Below, piece by piece: positions 1 to 8,058 of a stretch of 52,547 nucleotides of DNA. The position numbers and the translations under genes are program-made. Every line of letters starts with the position of its first letter. Position 1 is the first letter of the stretch. Under the pieces are notes generated by a model. That model worked only from the letters and a program-made list of their open reading frames with translations, was not told the origin of the DNA and searched no databases. Source of the stretch: Minisyncoccia bacterium (GTDB lineage Bacteria; Patescibacteriota; Minisyncoccia; Phycocordibacterales; Zambryskibacteraceae); the NCBI GenBank assembly GCA_038212375.1, contig JBBQUO010000001.1, forward strand, positions 1-52,547, written 5' to 3'.

Positions 1-276
1 AACGGATATGGAAAAAAGACTGATCTCGAAGAATACAAGATTCAAAACCGCGGTGGCTCTGGTATTAAAACTGGAAATGTTACTGCAAAAACTGGAAATG
101 TTATCGCCTCTGCGATTGTCACACCAGCGGAAGAAGAAATCGTAGCTATTTCAAAGAAAGGACAAGTAATTCGTACTTCAATCGAAGAAATTCCAGAACT
201 GGGCCGCCAAACTCAAGGTGTACGCATCATGAAGCTTCGCGAAGGTGACTCACTCGCATCAGTTATTTGTTTCTAA
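1..276 (+). CDS. gyrA: DNA gyrase subunit A, C-terminal fragment (5' end outside window)
   Basis: Frame 1 is open from base 1 to TAA at 274-276. Translation NGYGKKTDLEEYKIQNRGGSGIKTGN...GRQTQGVRIMKLREGDSLASVICF matches the last beta-pinwheel blades of the GyrA CTD. Confidence 0.75.
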   Translation, partial: NGYGKKTDLEEYKIQNRGGSGIKTGNVTAKTGNVIASAIVTPAEEEIVAISKKGQVIRTSIEEIPELGRQTQGVRIMKLREGDSLASVICF

Positions 277-328
277 ATATTGCACCTAGCAACTATGTCT
301 TGAGCGCGCAGTATCGACTCTATTGTTT

Positions 329-356
329 TGTGCACACCATGTCGTATCTGTGCACA
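329..356. promoter_or_regulatory. Two copies of the 8-bp palindrome TGTGCACA, 20 bp apart start to start; candidate operator
   Basis: TGTGCACA at 329-336 and 349-356, in the gyrA/methyltransferase intergenic region. Confidence 0.25.
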
Positions 357-438
357 ATCGCATCTATGCATGATGTATACTATTACCATATATGAGCTGG
401 GTCATGGTTTTTAATCGTCCTACTCTAGAACATCAATC

Positions 439-966
439 ATGTTTAGTGATCCTATTAAAAATGTTGAGCAACTAAGCCTGAGACTTGGATCTGTCGTTCT
501 TGATCTCGGAAGTGGCTCAGGACATTATGCTATTGCATCTGCAAAAGCAGTTGGAGAAAAGGGGGCTGTGTATGCTATTGATATCCAAAAGGATATGCTC
601 ACGAAGCTCAAACGAGAAGCAGGTATCCAGGGCTTCCATAACATTGAAATTGTGTGGGGAGATATCGAAAAGTCAGGCGGAACAAAACTTAAGGATTCGA
701 TCGGTGACTACGCCATTATTTCAAACCTCATGTTTCAGGTAATAGATAAAGATTCTGTTGCAAAAGAAAGTTTTCGAATTTTAAAGTCAGGAGGCAAGCT
801 CCTTGTGGTTGATTGGTCAGACGCTTTTGGGGGTCTTGGTCCCCATGTTGATAGTGTTTTTTCCAAAGATGCAGCAGCAGCTCTCTTTACGAAGACTGGT
901 TTTACAATAGAAAAAGATATACAAGCAGGGAGTCACCACTATGGCATGATTTTTTTGCGACCATAA
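439..966 (+). CDS. Class I SAM-dependent methyltransferase
   Basis: 175-aa ORF with motif I VLDLGSGSGHYA and a typical post-I/II layout (AVYAIDI, GGKLLVVDW). Confidence 0.8.
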   Translation: MFSDPIKNVEQLSLRLGSVVLDLGSGSGHYAIASAKAVGEKGAVYAIDIQKDMLTKLKREAGIQGFHNIEIVWGDIEKSGGTKLKDSIGDYAIISNLMFQVIDKDSVAKESFRILKSGGKLLVVDWSDAFGGLGPHVDSVFSKDAAAALFTKTGFTIEKDIQAGSHHYGMIFLRP

Positions 967-973
967 ACCTATC

Positions 974-2260
974 ATGTCTAAATTTCAATTAATTTTAACG
1001 ATCGTGTTCGGAATCTTCATTGTTATGGGAGTTCTCGTTTTTTCTTTTGTTCGTACGAGTAGTGTTCCGCCTTCGTATGTCACAATTTGGGGTACTATTC
1101 CTCAAGAAATATTTAATGAAGTTCTTTCGCAGTCTCCACTTGGAAAGAGTAAGATTCTTATTCTTACCTATGTCCAAAAAAACTCCGATACATTCGACCA
1201 AGATTTTGTAGAAGCACTTGCATCGGGGACCGGTCCTGATGTAGTACTCCTCCCTCACGAAGAGATTTTGAAAAATCAAAGTAAACTCTTTACGATTCCT
1301 TATACTTCATATCCTGAACGCACATTCAAAGATAATTTTATTCAAGAAGGAGAACTTTTCTTGAGTTCAAAAGGGGTGCTAGCGCTTCCACTTACAGTTG
1401 ATCCATTGGTTATGTATTGGAATCGGGATATATTCAACAATGCCAATTTACCGACACCTCCTACTTATTGGGATGAGTTTTATGGACTTGCACAAAAGCT
1501 TACTACCAAAGACGGTGCTCTCAACATTACCCGCTCTGCAGTGGCACTTGGAGGGTGGAGAAATGTGACAAATGCTAAGGCACTGGTTTCAACACTGCTT
1601 CTTCAGGCAGGAGATCCTATTGTGAAAAACAATGGAACAAAGAACGACGTTGTCCTTGGTGATAGTGTGCAAAACCTTCCAATTTCACCAGCAGTCGCTG
1701 CTCTCACATTTTATACAGAATTTTCAAACCCAGCAAAACCTTTTTATTCTTGGAACCCCGCACTTCCAGAATCACAAAATATGTTTATTTCAGGAGATCT
1801 CGCAACATACTTTGGATTTGCATCTGAGATTAGCTCTCTGAAACTTAAAAACCCGAATCTAAACTTTGATGTTACCCAAATGCCGCAATCTCGAAATAGT
1901 GGAGATAAAATTACGTTTGGAGAGCTACAAGCATTTGCGATCGTAAAAACTTCAAAGACAATCGGTGGATCTTTTGGTGCCATAACATCCCTCACATCAC
2001 CTGACAACGTCGCACTCTTTGCGAGAGCTCTTCATTTGCCACCTGCAAGTCGACTTCTTCTAGCAAGTGTCCCAAAAGACCCATACCTTACGATTTTTTA
2101 TCAGAGCAGTTTGTGGTCTATGGGATGGTTTGATCCTAACGCGCCATACACCGAACGATCACTCCAGATCATGATAGAGAACATAACAGGAGGTAAGGCT
2201 CGTCTCGAAGTAGCAATTAGTAAAGCTCGTGACGAAATAAAGGCAATGCTCAACAACTAA
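974..2260 (+). CDS. Membrane-anchored extracellular solute-binding protein-like (SBP family 1-like); no ABC partners nearby
   Basis: 428 aa with an N-terminal TM helix. SBP_bac_1-like segments PDVVLLPHEEI, DPLVMYWNRDIFNNANL and TYWDEF. The stop is 1 nt before the next ATG. Confidence 0.6.
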   Translation: MSKFQLILTIVFGIFIVMGVLVFSFVRTSSVPPSYVTIWGTIPQEIFNEVLSQSPLGKSKILILTYVQKNSDTFDQDFVEALASGTGPDVVLLPHEEILKNQSKLFTIPYTSYPERTFKDNFIQEGELFLSSKGVLALPLTVDPLVMYWNRDIFNNANLPTPPTYWDEFYGLAQKLTTKDGALNITRSAVALGGWRNVTNAKALVSTLLLQAGDPIVKNNGTKNDVVLGDSVQNLPISPAVAALTFYTEFSNPAKPFYSWNPALPESQNMFISGDLATYFGFASEISSLKLKNPNLNFDVTQMPQSRNSGDKITFGELQAFAIVKTSKTIGGSFGAITSLTSPDNVALFARALHLPPASRLLLASVPKDPYLTIFYQSSLWSMGWFDPNAPYTERSLQIMIENITGGKARLEVAISKARDEIKAMLNN

Positions 2261-2261
2261 C

Positions 2262-2675
2262 ATGAAATTCTTTCAATTCATCACCGTTTCGATTGTCGCC
2301 GCCGCGCTTTTTCTCAGTCCATCTTATATTGTGCACTCGGCAGATTCATCTCTGGTATTTTGCAATCAATCTGTAGACCAGAATGGAAAGTTTGTTGGAA
2401 AAGAATGCGGATGGCCTGAGCTTATTCAGCTCCTAAGCCATATTATCAATTACATTACACTCCTTTCGATACCACTCGCGGCGATTGCCTTCTCTATAGC
2501 TGGATTCAAAGTTATGAGCGCAGGAGGAAGTATGAAAGGAAGAGATGAGGCAAAGAAAATTTTTGAAAATGTCGTAACAGGTCTTTTCTTTATTTTAGCT
2601 GCGTGGCTCATCGTAAACACTATTCTTGTTGCTCTCGTAAAAACAGGAGAAGGGTACTCTATTCTTGGAAATTGA
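2262..2675 (+). CDS. VirB2/TrbC-like 'T4SS pilin' family mini-protein, paralogue 1
   Basis: Signal peptide, then two hydrophobic helices separated by the charged loop SAGGSMKGRDEAKK. Same layout as the six downstream ORFs. Confidence 0.6.
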   Translation: MKFFQFITVSIVAAALFLSPSYIVHSADSSLVFCNQSVDQNGKFVGKECGWPELIQLLSHIINYITLLSIPLAAIAFSIAGFKVMSAGGSMKGRDEAKKIFENVVTGLFFILAAWLIVNTILVALVKTGEGYSILGN

Positions 2676-2694
2676 TAATGATATACTTATTCAT

Positions 2695-3126
2695 ATGAAT
2701 CTAAAACGCTTCGGGATCAATGTGCTGGTTCTCACGGTATTACTTACTCCTTTCCTTTCGTTTGCACAGATAGATTTCCCTGGGCAGGGTAATCCAGTGG
2801 AAGTCACTACACCCGCGTCGTCCCCATCTCCCTCTTCGCAAAGCACATTTCCTAATCCACTTAAGGTTGATACGATTTCACAGCTTATAAGCTTGGTCCT
2901 CAATTCTATTGTTCTTCCAATAGGAGGTATGGTTGCGGTCGGATATATCATTTATGCTGGATTTATTCTCGTTACCGCTCAGGGTAATCCAAAGCAAATT
3001 GAGGAAGGGAAAAAAGCGTTTTATAATGCTTGTATTGGAACCGCAATTCTTCTCGGTGCTGTAGCGATTGCTGACGTTGTTAAAAATACGATTTGTAGTC
3101 TTAGTACCACAATATGCACAGGCTAA
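2695..3126 (+). CDS. VirB2/TrbC-like mini-protein, paralogue 2
   Basis: ATG at 2695 gives signal peptide MNLKRFGINVLVLTVLLTPFLSFAQ, then a P/S-rich linker, helix, loop TAQGNPKQIEEGKK and a second helix. Confidence 0.6.
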   Translation: MNLKRFGINVLVLTVLLTPFLSFAQIDFPGQGNPVEVTTPASSPSPSSQSTFPNPLKVDTISQLISLVLNSIVLPIGGMVAVGYIIYAGFILVTAQGNPKQIEEGKKAFYNACIGTAILLGAVAIADVVKNTICSLSTTICTG

Positions 3127-3512
3127 AGCTATATTATTCGGCTACGAGTATCGCTGCTATAATAGGAGTATTAGCTACTCCGCTTGTTTCATTTGCATTT
3201 TCTTGTCCTGTAAACGCGGTAGTGCCCCCGACCAACTTTACTGACGTAGTCTGTTTTGTCGATAGCCTCATAAACAGCATCCTTCCGCTTATAGTCGGAG
3301 CGAGTCTCCTTGTTTTCTTTGCTGGACTCATCAAGCTTATTCGCGGATCTGGTGATCCAAAGAATATCGCAGCAGGAAAGCAACTCATGATATGGGGCAT
3401 TGTCGCACTTTTTGTAATGTTCTCATTTATTGGGATCCTCAACTTATTCGTTGGAGATTTTTTTGGTAAGACGGTAGGTGTACCGCAATTTCCAGAAACA
3501 TCAACACCATAA
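3114..3512 (+). CDS. VirB2/TrbC-like mini-protein, paralogue 3
   Basis: Signal peptide, helix, loop RGSGDPKNIAAGKQLMIWG, second helix. Overlaps the previous gene by 13 nt. Confidence 0.6.
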   Translation: MHRLKLYYSATSIAAIIGVLATPLVSFAFSCPVNAVVPPTNFTDVVCFVDSLINSILPLIVGASLLVFFAGLIKLIRGSGDPKNIAAGKQLMIWGIVALFVMFSFIGILNLFVGDFFGKTVGVPQFPETSTP

Positions 3513-3522
3513 TTACTATTGT

Positions 3523-3810
3523 ATGATTACAAGTTTTCAAGACCTTATACAAGCCGCTGGGAGTCTACTGAACCTCATCCTTCCTATTACGGTCGCCCTC
3601 GCACTGCTCTATTTTTTGTGGGGACTTACGACATTTATCCAAAAGTCTGGAGATGAAAAAGCTCATGCGGAAGGCAGGAGTAAGATGGTGTGGGGAGTTA
3701 TCGCACTGTTTGTTATGTTTTCTGTGTGGGGCCTTGTGGCATTCTTACAAAACGAGCTTATCGGAGGTTCAGGGACATCAACAAGTTTTCCAATTATTAA
3801 TAATAATTAA
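3523..3810 (+). CDS. VirB2/TrbC-like mini-protein, paralogue 4 (no signal peptide)
   Basis: ATG at 3523 (MITSFQDLIQAAG...). Core LPITVALALLYFLWGL..KSGDEKAHAEGRSKMVWGVIALFVMFSVWGLV. Confidence 0.55.
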   Translation: MITSFQDLIQAAGSLLNLILPITVALALLYFLWGLTTFIQKSGDEKAHAEGRSKMVWGVIALFVMFSVWGLVAFLQNELIGGSGTSTSFPIINNN

Positions 3811-3814
3811 TGGT

Positions 3815-4300
3815 ATGAAAAAAGTATTACTCAGTATCGCTTTTATATCCCTCCCATTGTCTACCTTTGCAGCGGGAGCAGTGCTCTCAGGGACAGAAGA
3901 TTTCATCAAAAGAATTAGTAGTCTTATCGCGCTTCTCTTGCCAATAGTTGTAGCTCTCGCACTGCTCTATTTCTTTTGGGGGCTTGCACAGTTTGTGCTC
4001 GTCTCAGGAGACGATAAATCCATTGCCCAAGGCAAGAATAAAATGATTTGGGGCGTCATAACACTCTTTGTAATGATTTCTGTTTGGGGACTCGTTGGTT
4101 TATTGCAAAGTGAGCTCGGTATTAGAGCCAATCAATCAGCCCCGACCATTCCCACACTTCCTGGGTTTGGAAGCTCAGCTTCTACTGGGACAAATGGATC
4201 TGGAGCGAGTGGAAATCCTAGCGGGTCTGGTGATACCCCTATTTGTCCACCGTGCAGTAATTTCCCAGATCCAGCTTGCCCAGGGCTCGAGGTGTGCTAG
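3815..4300 (+). CDS. VirB2/TrbC-like mini-protein, paralogue 5, with G/S/P- and Cys-rich C-terminal tail
   Basis: ATG at 3815 (MKKVLLSIAFISLPLSTFAAG). Core LLPIVVALALLYFFWGLAQFVLVSGDDK..GKNKMIWG. The tail ends PICPPCSNFPDPACPGLEVC. The track ORF starting at 3653 is an out-of-context upstream extension. Confidence 0.6.
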   Translation: MKKVLLSIAFISLPLSTFAAGAVLSGTEDFIKRISSLIALLLPIVVALALLYFFWGLAQFVLVSGDDKSIAQGKNKMIWGVITLFVMISVWGLVGLLQSELGIRANQSAPTIPTLPGFGSSASTGTNGSGASGNPSGSGDTPICPPCSNFPDPACPGLEVC

Positions 4301-4414
4301 TACTTTTCCCCCGCAACCCATTGTCTTTCGTGCCCCCTCTGATATTATGAAAGGTATCCTTTATGGAAGAAAGAAGGTCATTTATAACGATTTACTAAAT
4401 TAATATATAACACA

Positions 4415-4777
4415 ATGAAGAAATTTTTAGGTGCAGTTACAGCGTTTGCCCTCCCAATGCTTGCATTTGCACAGAGCGGTCCTCAGCTTGGTAACATAGA
4501 AACTTTCATCAAATCTATCAGTCGTCTTATCAATCTTCTCTTGCCGATTGTAGTTGCAATCGCACTGTTGTACTTCTTCTGGGGACTTGCGCAATTTATC
4601 CTCAATTCTGGAGATGACAAAGCACAAGCTGTTGGAAAGAATCGTATGATATGGGGAATTGTTACACTCTTTGTTATGGTGTCAGTGTGGGGTCTTGTAG
4701 GTTTTGTCGGCAGTGCTCTCGGTATTCAGCAAGGAGCAAACTCTGGAAACGTTCCGACAGTTCAAGGAGTTAACTAG
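4415..4777 (+). CDS. VirB2/TrbC-like mini-protein, paralogue 6
   Basis: Signal peptide MKKFLGAVTAFALPMLAFAQ. The core matches paralogue 5 at 49 of 63 residues by manual alignment. Confidence 0.65.
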   Translation: MKKFLGAVTAFALPMLAFAQSGPQLGNIETFIKSISRLINLLLPIVVAIALLYFFWGLAQFILNSGDDKAQAVGKNRMIWGIVTLFVMVSVWGLVGFVGSALGIQQGANSGNVPTVQGVN

Positions 4778-4790
4778 TTTTATTGAGACC

Positions 4791-5084
4791 GTGTCAATTT
4801 CAGGATTTCTCGCTGCGATAGCAAGAGTTATTCTCAATCCTTTGATTGTCCTTGGATTTGTTGTAGCTATCTTGTATTTCTTTTTAGGAATATATAAGTT
4901 CATGACAAAAGCAGGAGACGAAAAGTCTAGACAAGAAGGGAAGAATGGAATTCTTTGGGGTCTGGTCGGGATGTTTATTATGGTAGGAGTGTTTAGTATC
5001 ATTAATGTCATTCTTCACACATTCGGCATTGATCAGACTCAAAGTGTAAGCTCAAATGATTACCTCAATCACTTATTGAAGTAA
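4791..5084 (+). CDS. VirB2/TrbC-like mini-protein, paralogue 7 (start uncertain; GTG at 4791 proposed)
   Basis: The track ORF (4704-5084) overlaps paralogue 6 by 74 nt, and its only ATG is at 4704. An in-frame GTG at 4791 follows the upstream stop. Core ILYFFLGIYKFMTKAGDEKSRQEGKNGILWGLVGMFIM. Confidence 0.45.
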   Translation: MSISGFLAAIARVILNPLIVLGFVVAILYFFLGIYKFMTKAGDEKSRQEGKNGILWGLVGMFIMVGVFSIINVILHTFGIDQTQSVSSNDYLNHLLK

Positions 5085-5097
5085 GTCGTTCACAAAC

Positions 5098-5128
5098 AAA
5101 AAACTCACTCCAATCGAGTGAGTTTTTT
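5098..5128 (+). terminator. Rho-independent terminator closing the mini-protein array
   Basis: aaaaaactcactc / caatc / gagtgagtttttt: a 13-bp stem whose 3' arm ends in a T-run. Confidence 0.75.
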
Positions 5129-5172
5129 GTTGTCCATATGTTCTATCTGGTACAGATCTGTATACTATATCT

Positions 5173-6159
5173 ATGAGTAGACTAACCAAAGGAGCAGGAG
5201 AAACTGATACCGTGTTTATTGCGGCGATCGTTATCTTGCTTATTCTGTCTTGGATCCATCTTGGTGCCACAAGGAGTACTCGCGGGGTTTCAAACCTCAG
5301 TCCGTTTTCAGTTGCAACACCAAGTTCTTCATCTCGTTCCACGCAGCCGTATAATAGTGGAAGCAACAGCACTTTAGATGGCACTAAGTCGCCATGGTAT
5401 GGACTCGTCACGATTGACCTTGGGAGTGCTCCGAGCGAATATGAGCCGTACCAAGAATATATTATTCTCCACGCGAGCGGTGACCTTCAAAAATCTATCA
5501 ATGTATCTGGCTGGCAACTATCCAATGCAAAAGGTGCAAAGGTTTACCAAGTCGGAAGTAATGTCACCCGTTTTCAGTCTGACGTAGCGACCATTCCACT
5601 CGCTGTGCCGCTCTATATCCCAGGAAAGGGAAGTATTGCGAGTCCTGTTATACTCGCGCCAAATGGGCAGGTCATTGTAATTTCCGGTTCCAACACAACT
5701 GCAGGAGGCGTCCTTCCAAGTTTTCGAGAAAACAAATGCACAGCCTATCTCACTCATGATAAAAAAAATCCAGTGACTATTTATCCGAGCGTATACAGCT
5801 ATTGTCCTGCACCGTACAAAGAAGCAGGTGTTTCGGGTCTTGATAATGCATGTAATACGTTTGTTTCGAACCTGAATTCCTGCAGTACTCCAGACTTTGT
5901 AAATAGTGTAAGGACCAATGGGTATCTTGAACCTGGCTATGTCGATACGGTCGGCGGACTTTCTCAGAGCTGTAAAACATATATTCAAAACCACTATAGT
6001 TACAATGGGTGCGTCGCAAGCCATAGTGGTGATAGTGATTTCTACGGCTCAACCTGGCATGTGTACTTGGGTCGCAAATGGGAAATGTGGGCAACTGAAA
6101 GAGAAACGGTTACCCTCCTCGATGCAGATGGAAAAATTGTGAATACGTACTCGTATTAG
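5173..6159 (+). CDS. Membrane-anchored protein with lamin-tail-domain (LTD)-like fold and Cys-rich C-terminal region
   Basis: N-terminal TM helix and S-rich linker. LTD-like segment YGLVTIDLG..YQEYIILHASG..INVSGWQLSNAKG..VILAPNGQVIVISG. The C-terminal half contains 7 Cys. Confidence 0.5.
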   Translation: MSRLTKGAGETDTVFIAAIVILLILSWIHLGATRSTRGVSNLSPFSVATPSSSSRSTQPYNSGSNSTLDGTKSPWYGLVTIDLGSAPSEYEPYQEYIILHASGDLQKSINVSGWQLSNAKGAKVYQVGSNVTRFQSDVATIPLAVPLYIPGKGSIASPVILAPNGQVIVISGSNTTAGGVLPSFRENKCTAYLTHDKKNPVTIYPSVYSYCPAPYKEAGVSGLDNACNTFVSNLNSCSTPDFVNSVRTNGYLEPGYVDTVGGLSQSCKTYIQNHYSYNGCVASHSGDSDFYGSTWHVYLGRKWEMWATERETVTLLDADGKIVNTYSY

Positions 6160-6232
6160 TAGGAAAAAATAGAATCAATCTACTCTGATTAAGTGAAGAA
6201 CAGAATGCGACGTATTCTGAAATATAAAAAAA

Positions 6233-6259
6233 GGGCGAAGCGCATACAGCGCTTCGCCC
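6233..6259. terminator. Bidirectional terminator between convergent genes
   Basis: gggcgaagcgc / ataca / gcgcttcgccc, with an A-run before it. Confidence 0.7.
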
Positions 6260-6277
6260 TCGGTTGTCTCGTCGGTA

Positions 6278-7924
6278 TCAGTGATGATTGAATCGTGTCA
6301 CGGTCATCCGAACGAAATCAGGAGAAAAAGAACGGAATCGGAGAGTTTTTGGTCCAGTCGTAAACTTTCCGTTTACCTTCGGTACCCACTCTCCGTTTTC
6401 GAGTGTGTGACTCATGACTGAGTCACCATGCTCGTTGTAGACGGTGTACCGGATATCCTTTTCCGGTTTTGACCGTGTACGTTGGCTAAATGTGGGTACT
6501 GGTTCAGACAGCGAGCTGTCTCTGGGTAAGTCTACGACGATTATCTCGTCTCTCCCTTCCACGAAAGCTGCAACTTGCTCCGGTGTCCTTTCGTTCGGCC
6601 AACCAGGAGGAATGGTTTTGTATCCCATCTCCCAACAATACCTTGACGAACCCCAGTCATTGAATCTTCGATTATTGTACAACTTGCGAGCAATGCGAGC
6701 ATTGCCTTCCGCTGTTTCGATATTCTCGCCACTTTCCGCAATCATGTCACGATGAATCGTGTCGTTGATCTGAAAGAGGCCGACATCGTACTGATTTTGC
6801 TGACCACGAAGTGCAACTGTCGGATTGGTATCCGAGAATTGCTTTCCTCTTGATTCGCAATAGGCGATAGACTTCATGACCGCTACGACACTGTCGCCTT
6901 GGTCATGAAAGGTGCTATCAATCAGCTTTGAGTACTCTTCGGGGAGCAGATCGGCCTTGTTACTTTTCTCGAACGGATTGCTCGATCCAACGTATGTTAC
7001 CTTTGGAACTTGAGCGATTCGCTCTGAACTACTCGGAGCTTTTTCAGCCCAGAGACTGCTCACCGATTCACGGATGTGATCCGGTAAAAAGTAAGGAACC
7101 ACTCCAAAGAGAAACATAGCTCCTGTACTGACAGCGACAAGCTTATGAACAAGCTTGTGGCCACCGGCGGTTTTCCCGAAGGAATATCCGCCGACGATAA
7201 TGATAATCGTCAGAAAGAGACAGGGAACACTCGTCAGGTACGAGTAGATATTCCTCAATCGTTCTCCATACGGGACAAGTACCCAAATGAGGCCGACAAC
7301 AGCGAGATGAAATAATCCCGCAACCAGCAGACCTTTTCCGAATGTTTTGAGCCCGTCACCGCTTGTTCCTCCAACAGGATTTCCCCATTTTTTGAATGCC
7401 CAGATTATTCCCGCTATTGCTGGAATTCCAACAATAACGAGAGCGATAATCCAAAGCGTTGCTGATGAAGAAAACCATGAAGGAAGCGATGGAGATGAAA
7501 ATGTAGCTTGGGAGATAAACCCAACGAGTCGTATAACTCCATACACGATCGCAATTGCAACTGCAATAAAGATCGCTGATCCAATGCCAATTAGAGGCGT
7601 TGTTTTAATCTTCTTCCACATACCGCGTGACCTCCGTTTTGTTTGAAGATACAGAAAGAATATTCGCTTTCGCAAAAATACTTTCTTGTTGTACCACGAT
7701 GTGAATTGACGAAAATATTTCGCCGTAAACTCTGAGATGTGTTTCCGTGCAGAACGGATATTTTGGAAAATCCAAAGCAATATCCGCGAAACTTTCTGCC
7801 ACACAAAACCAAATGCTTTGCTAGTCGAGCTCGCGACACGACGAGGAATATCCGACATATTGTCGATACTCCACATGGTCATAAGTCGAATATTGAGCAG
7901 AAAGCTCTTCCACCAGTCTTTCAC
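6278..7924 (-). CDS. Polytopic membrane protein with lysozyme-like / lytic transglycosylase (VirB1/SLT-like) domain
   Basis: 548 aa with about 5-6 TM helices in residues ~105-290. Then MKSIAYCESRGKQF...YDVGLFQINDTIH, an E-S catalytic motif plus GLFQIN as in family-1 lytic transglycosylases. The start codon is uncertain. Confidence 0.55.
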   Translation of the reverse strand: MKDWWKSFLLNIRLMTMWSIDNMSDIPRRVASSTSKAFGFVWQKVSRILLWIFQNIRSARKHISEFTAKYFRQFTSWYNKKVFLRKRIFFLYLQTKRRSRGMWKKIKTTPLIGIGSAIFIAVAIAIVYGVIRLVGFISQATFSSPSLPSWFSSSATLWIIALVIVGIPAIAGIIWAFKKWGNPVGGTSGDGLKTFGKGLLVAGLFHLAVVGLIWVLVPYGERLRNIYSYLTSVPCLFLTIIIIVGGYSFGKTAGGHKLVHKLVAVSTGAMFLFGVVPYFLPDHIRESVSSLWAEKAPSSSERIAQVPKVTYVGSSNPFEKSNKADLLPEEYSKLIDSTFHDQGDSVVAVMKSIAYCESRGKQFSDTNPTVALRGQQNQYDVGLFQINDTIHRDMIAESGENIETAEGNARIARKLYNNRRFNDWGSSRYCWEMGYKTIPPGWPNERTPEQVAAFVEGRDEIIVVDLPRDSSLSEPVPTFSQRTRSKPEKDIRYTVYNEHGDSVMSHTLENGEWVPKVNGKFTTGPKTLRFRSFSPDFVRMTVTRFNHH

Positions 7925-8005
7925 AACCTCTCCTTTGTTAAAGTTTCAATGACCAGATTCTGGGCGTATTATAGCACATATAATACACATTTGTCAATAA
8001 AAAAA

Positions 8006-8035
8006 GGGGGCTCATTGACTTAGCAATGAGCCCCC
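8006..8035 (-). terminator. Rho-independent terminator for the SPFH gene
   Basis: gggggctcattg / acttag / caatgagccccc. A T6 run follows on the minus strand. Confidence 0.8.
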
Positions 8036-8058
8036 TTAGGGTCTACTATGACCAATTT

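Noticed and set aside
3653-3814. N-terminal extension of the track ORF 3653-4300, and ORF 4095-4403
   Set aside because: The extension overlaps paralogue 4 in another frame and precedes a perfect signal-peptide start at 3815. ORF 4095-4403 is an out-of-frame overlap of paralogue 5.
5518-6094. ORFs 5518-6024 and 5777-6094 (minus strand)
   Set aside because: They are antisense to the LTD-protein gene. They are Cys/Arg-rich shadow translations without an RBS.
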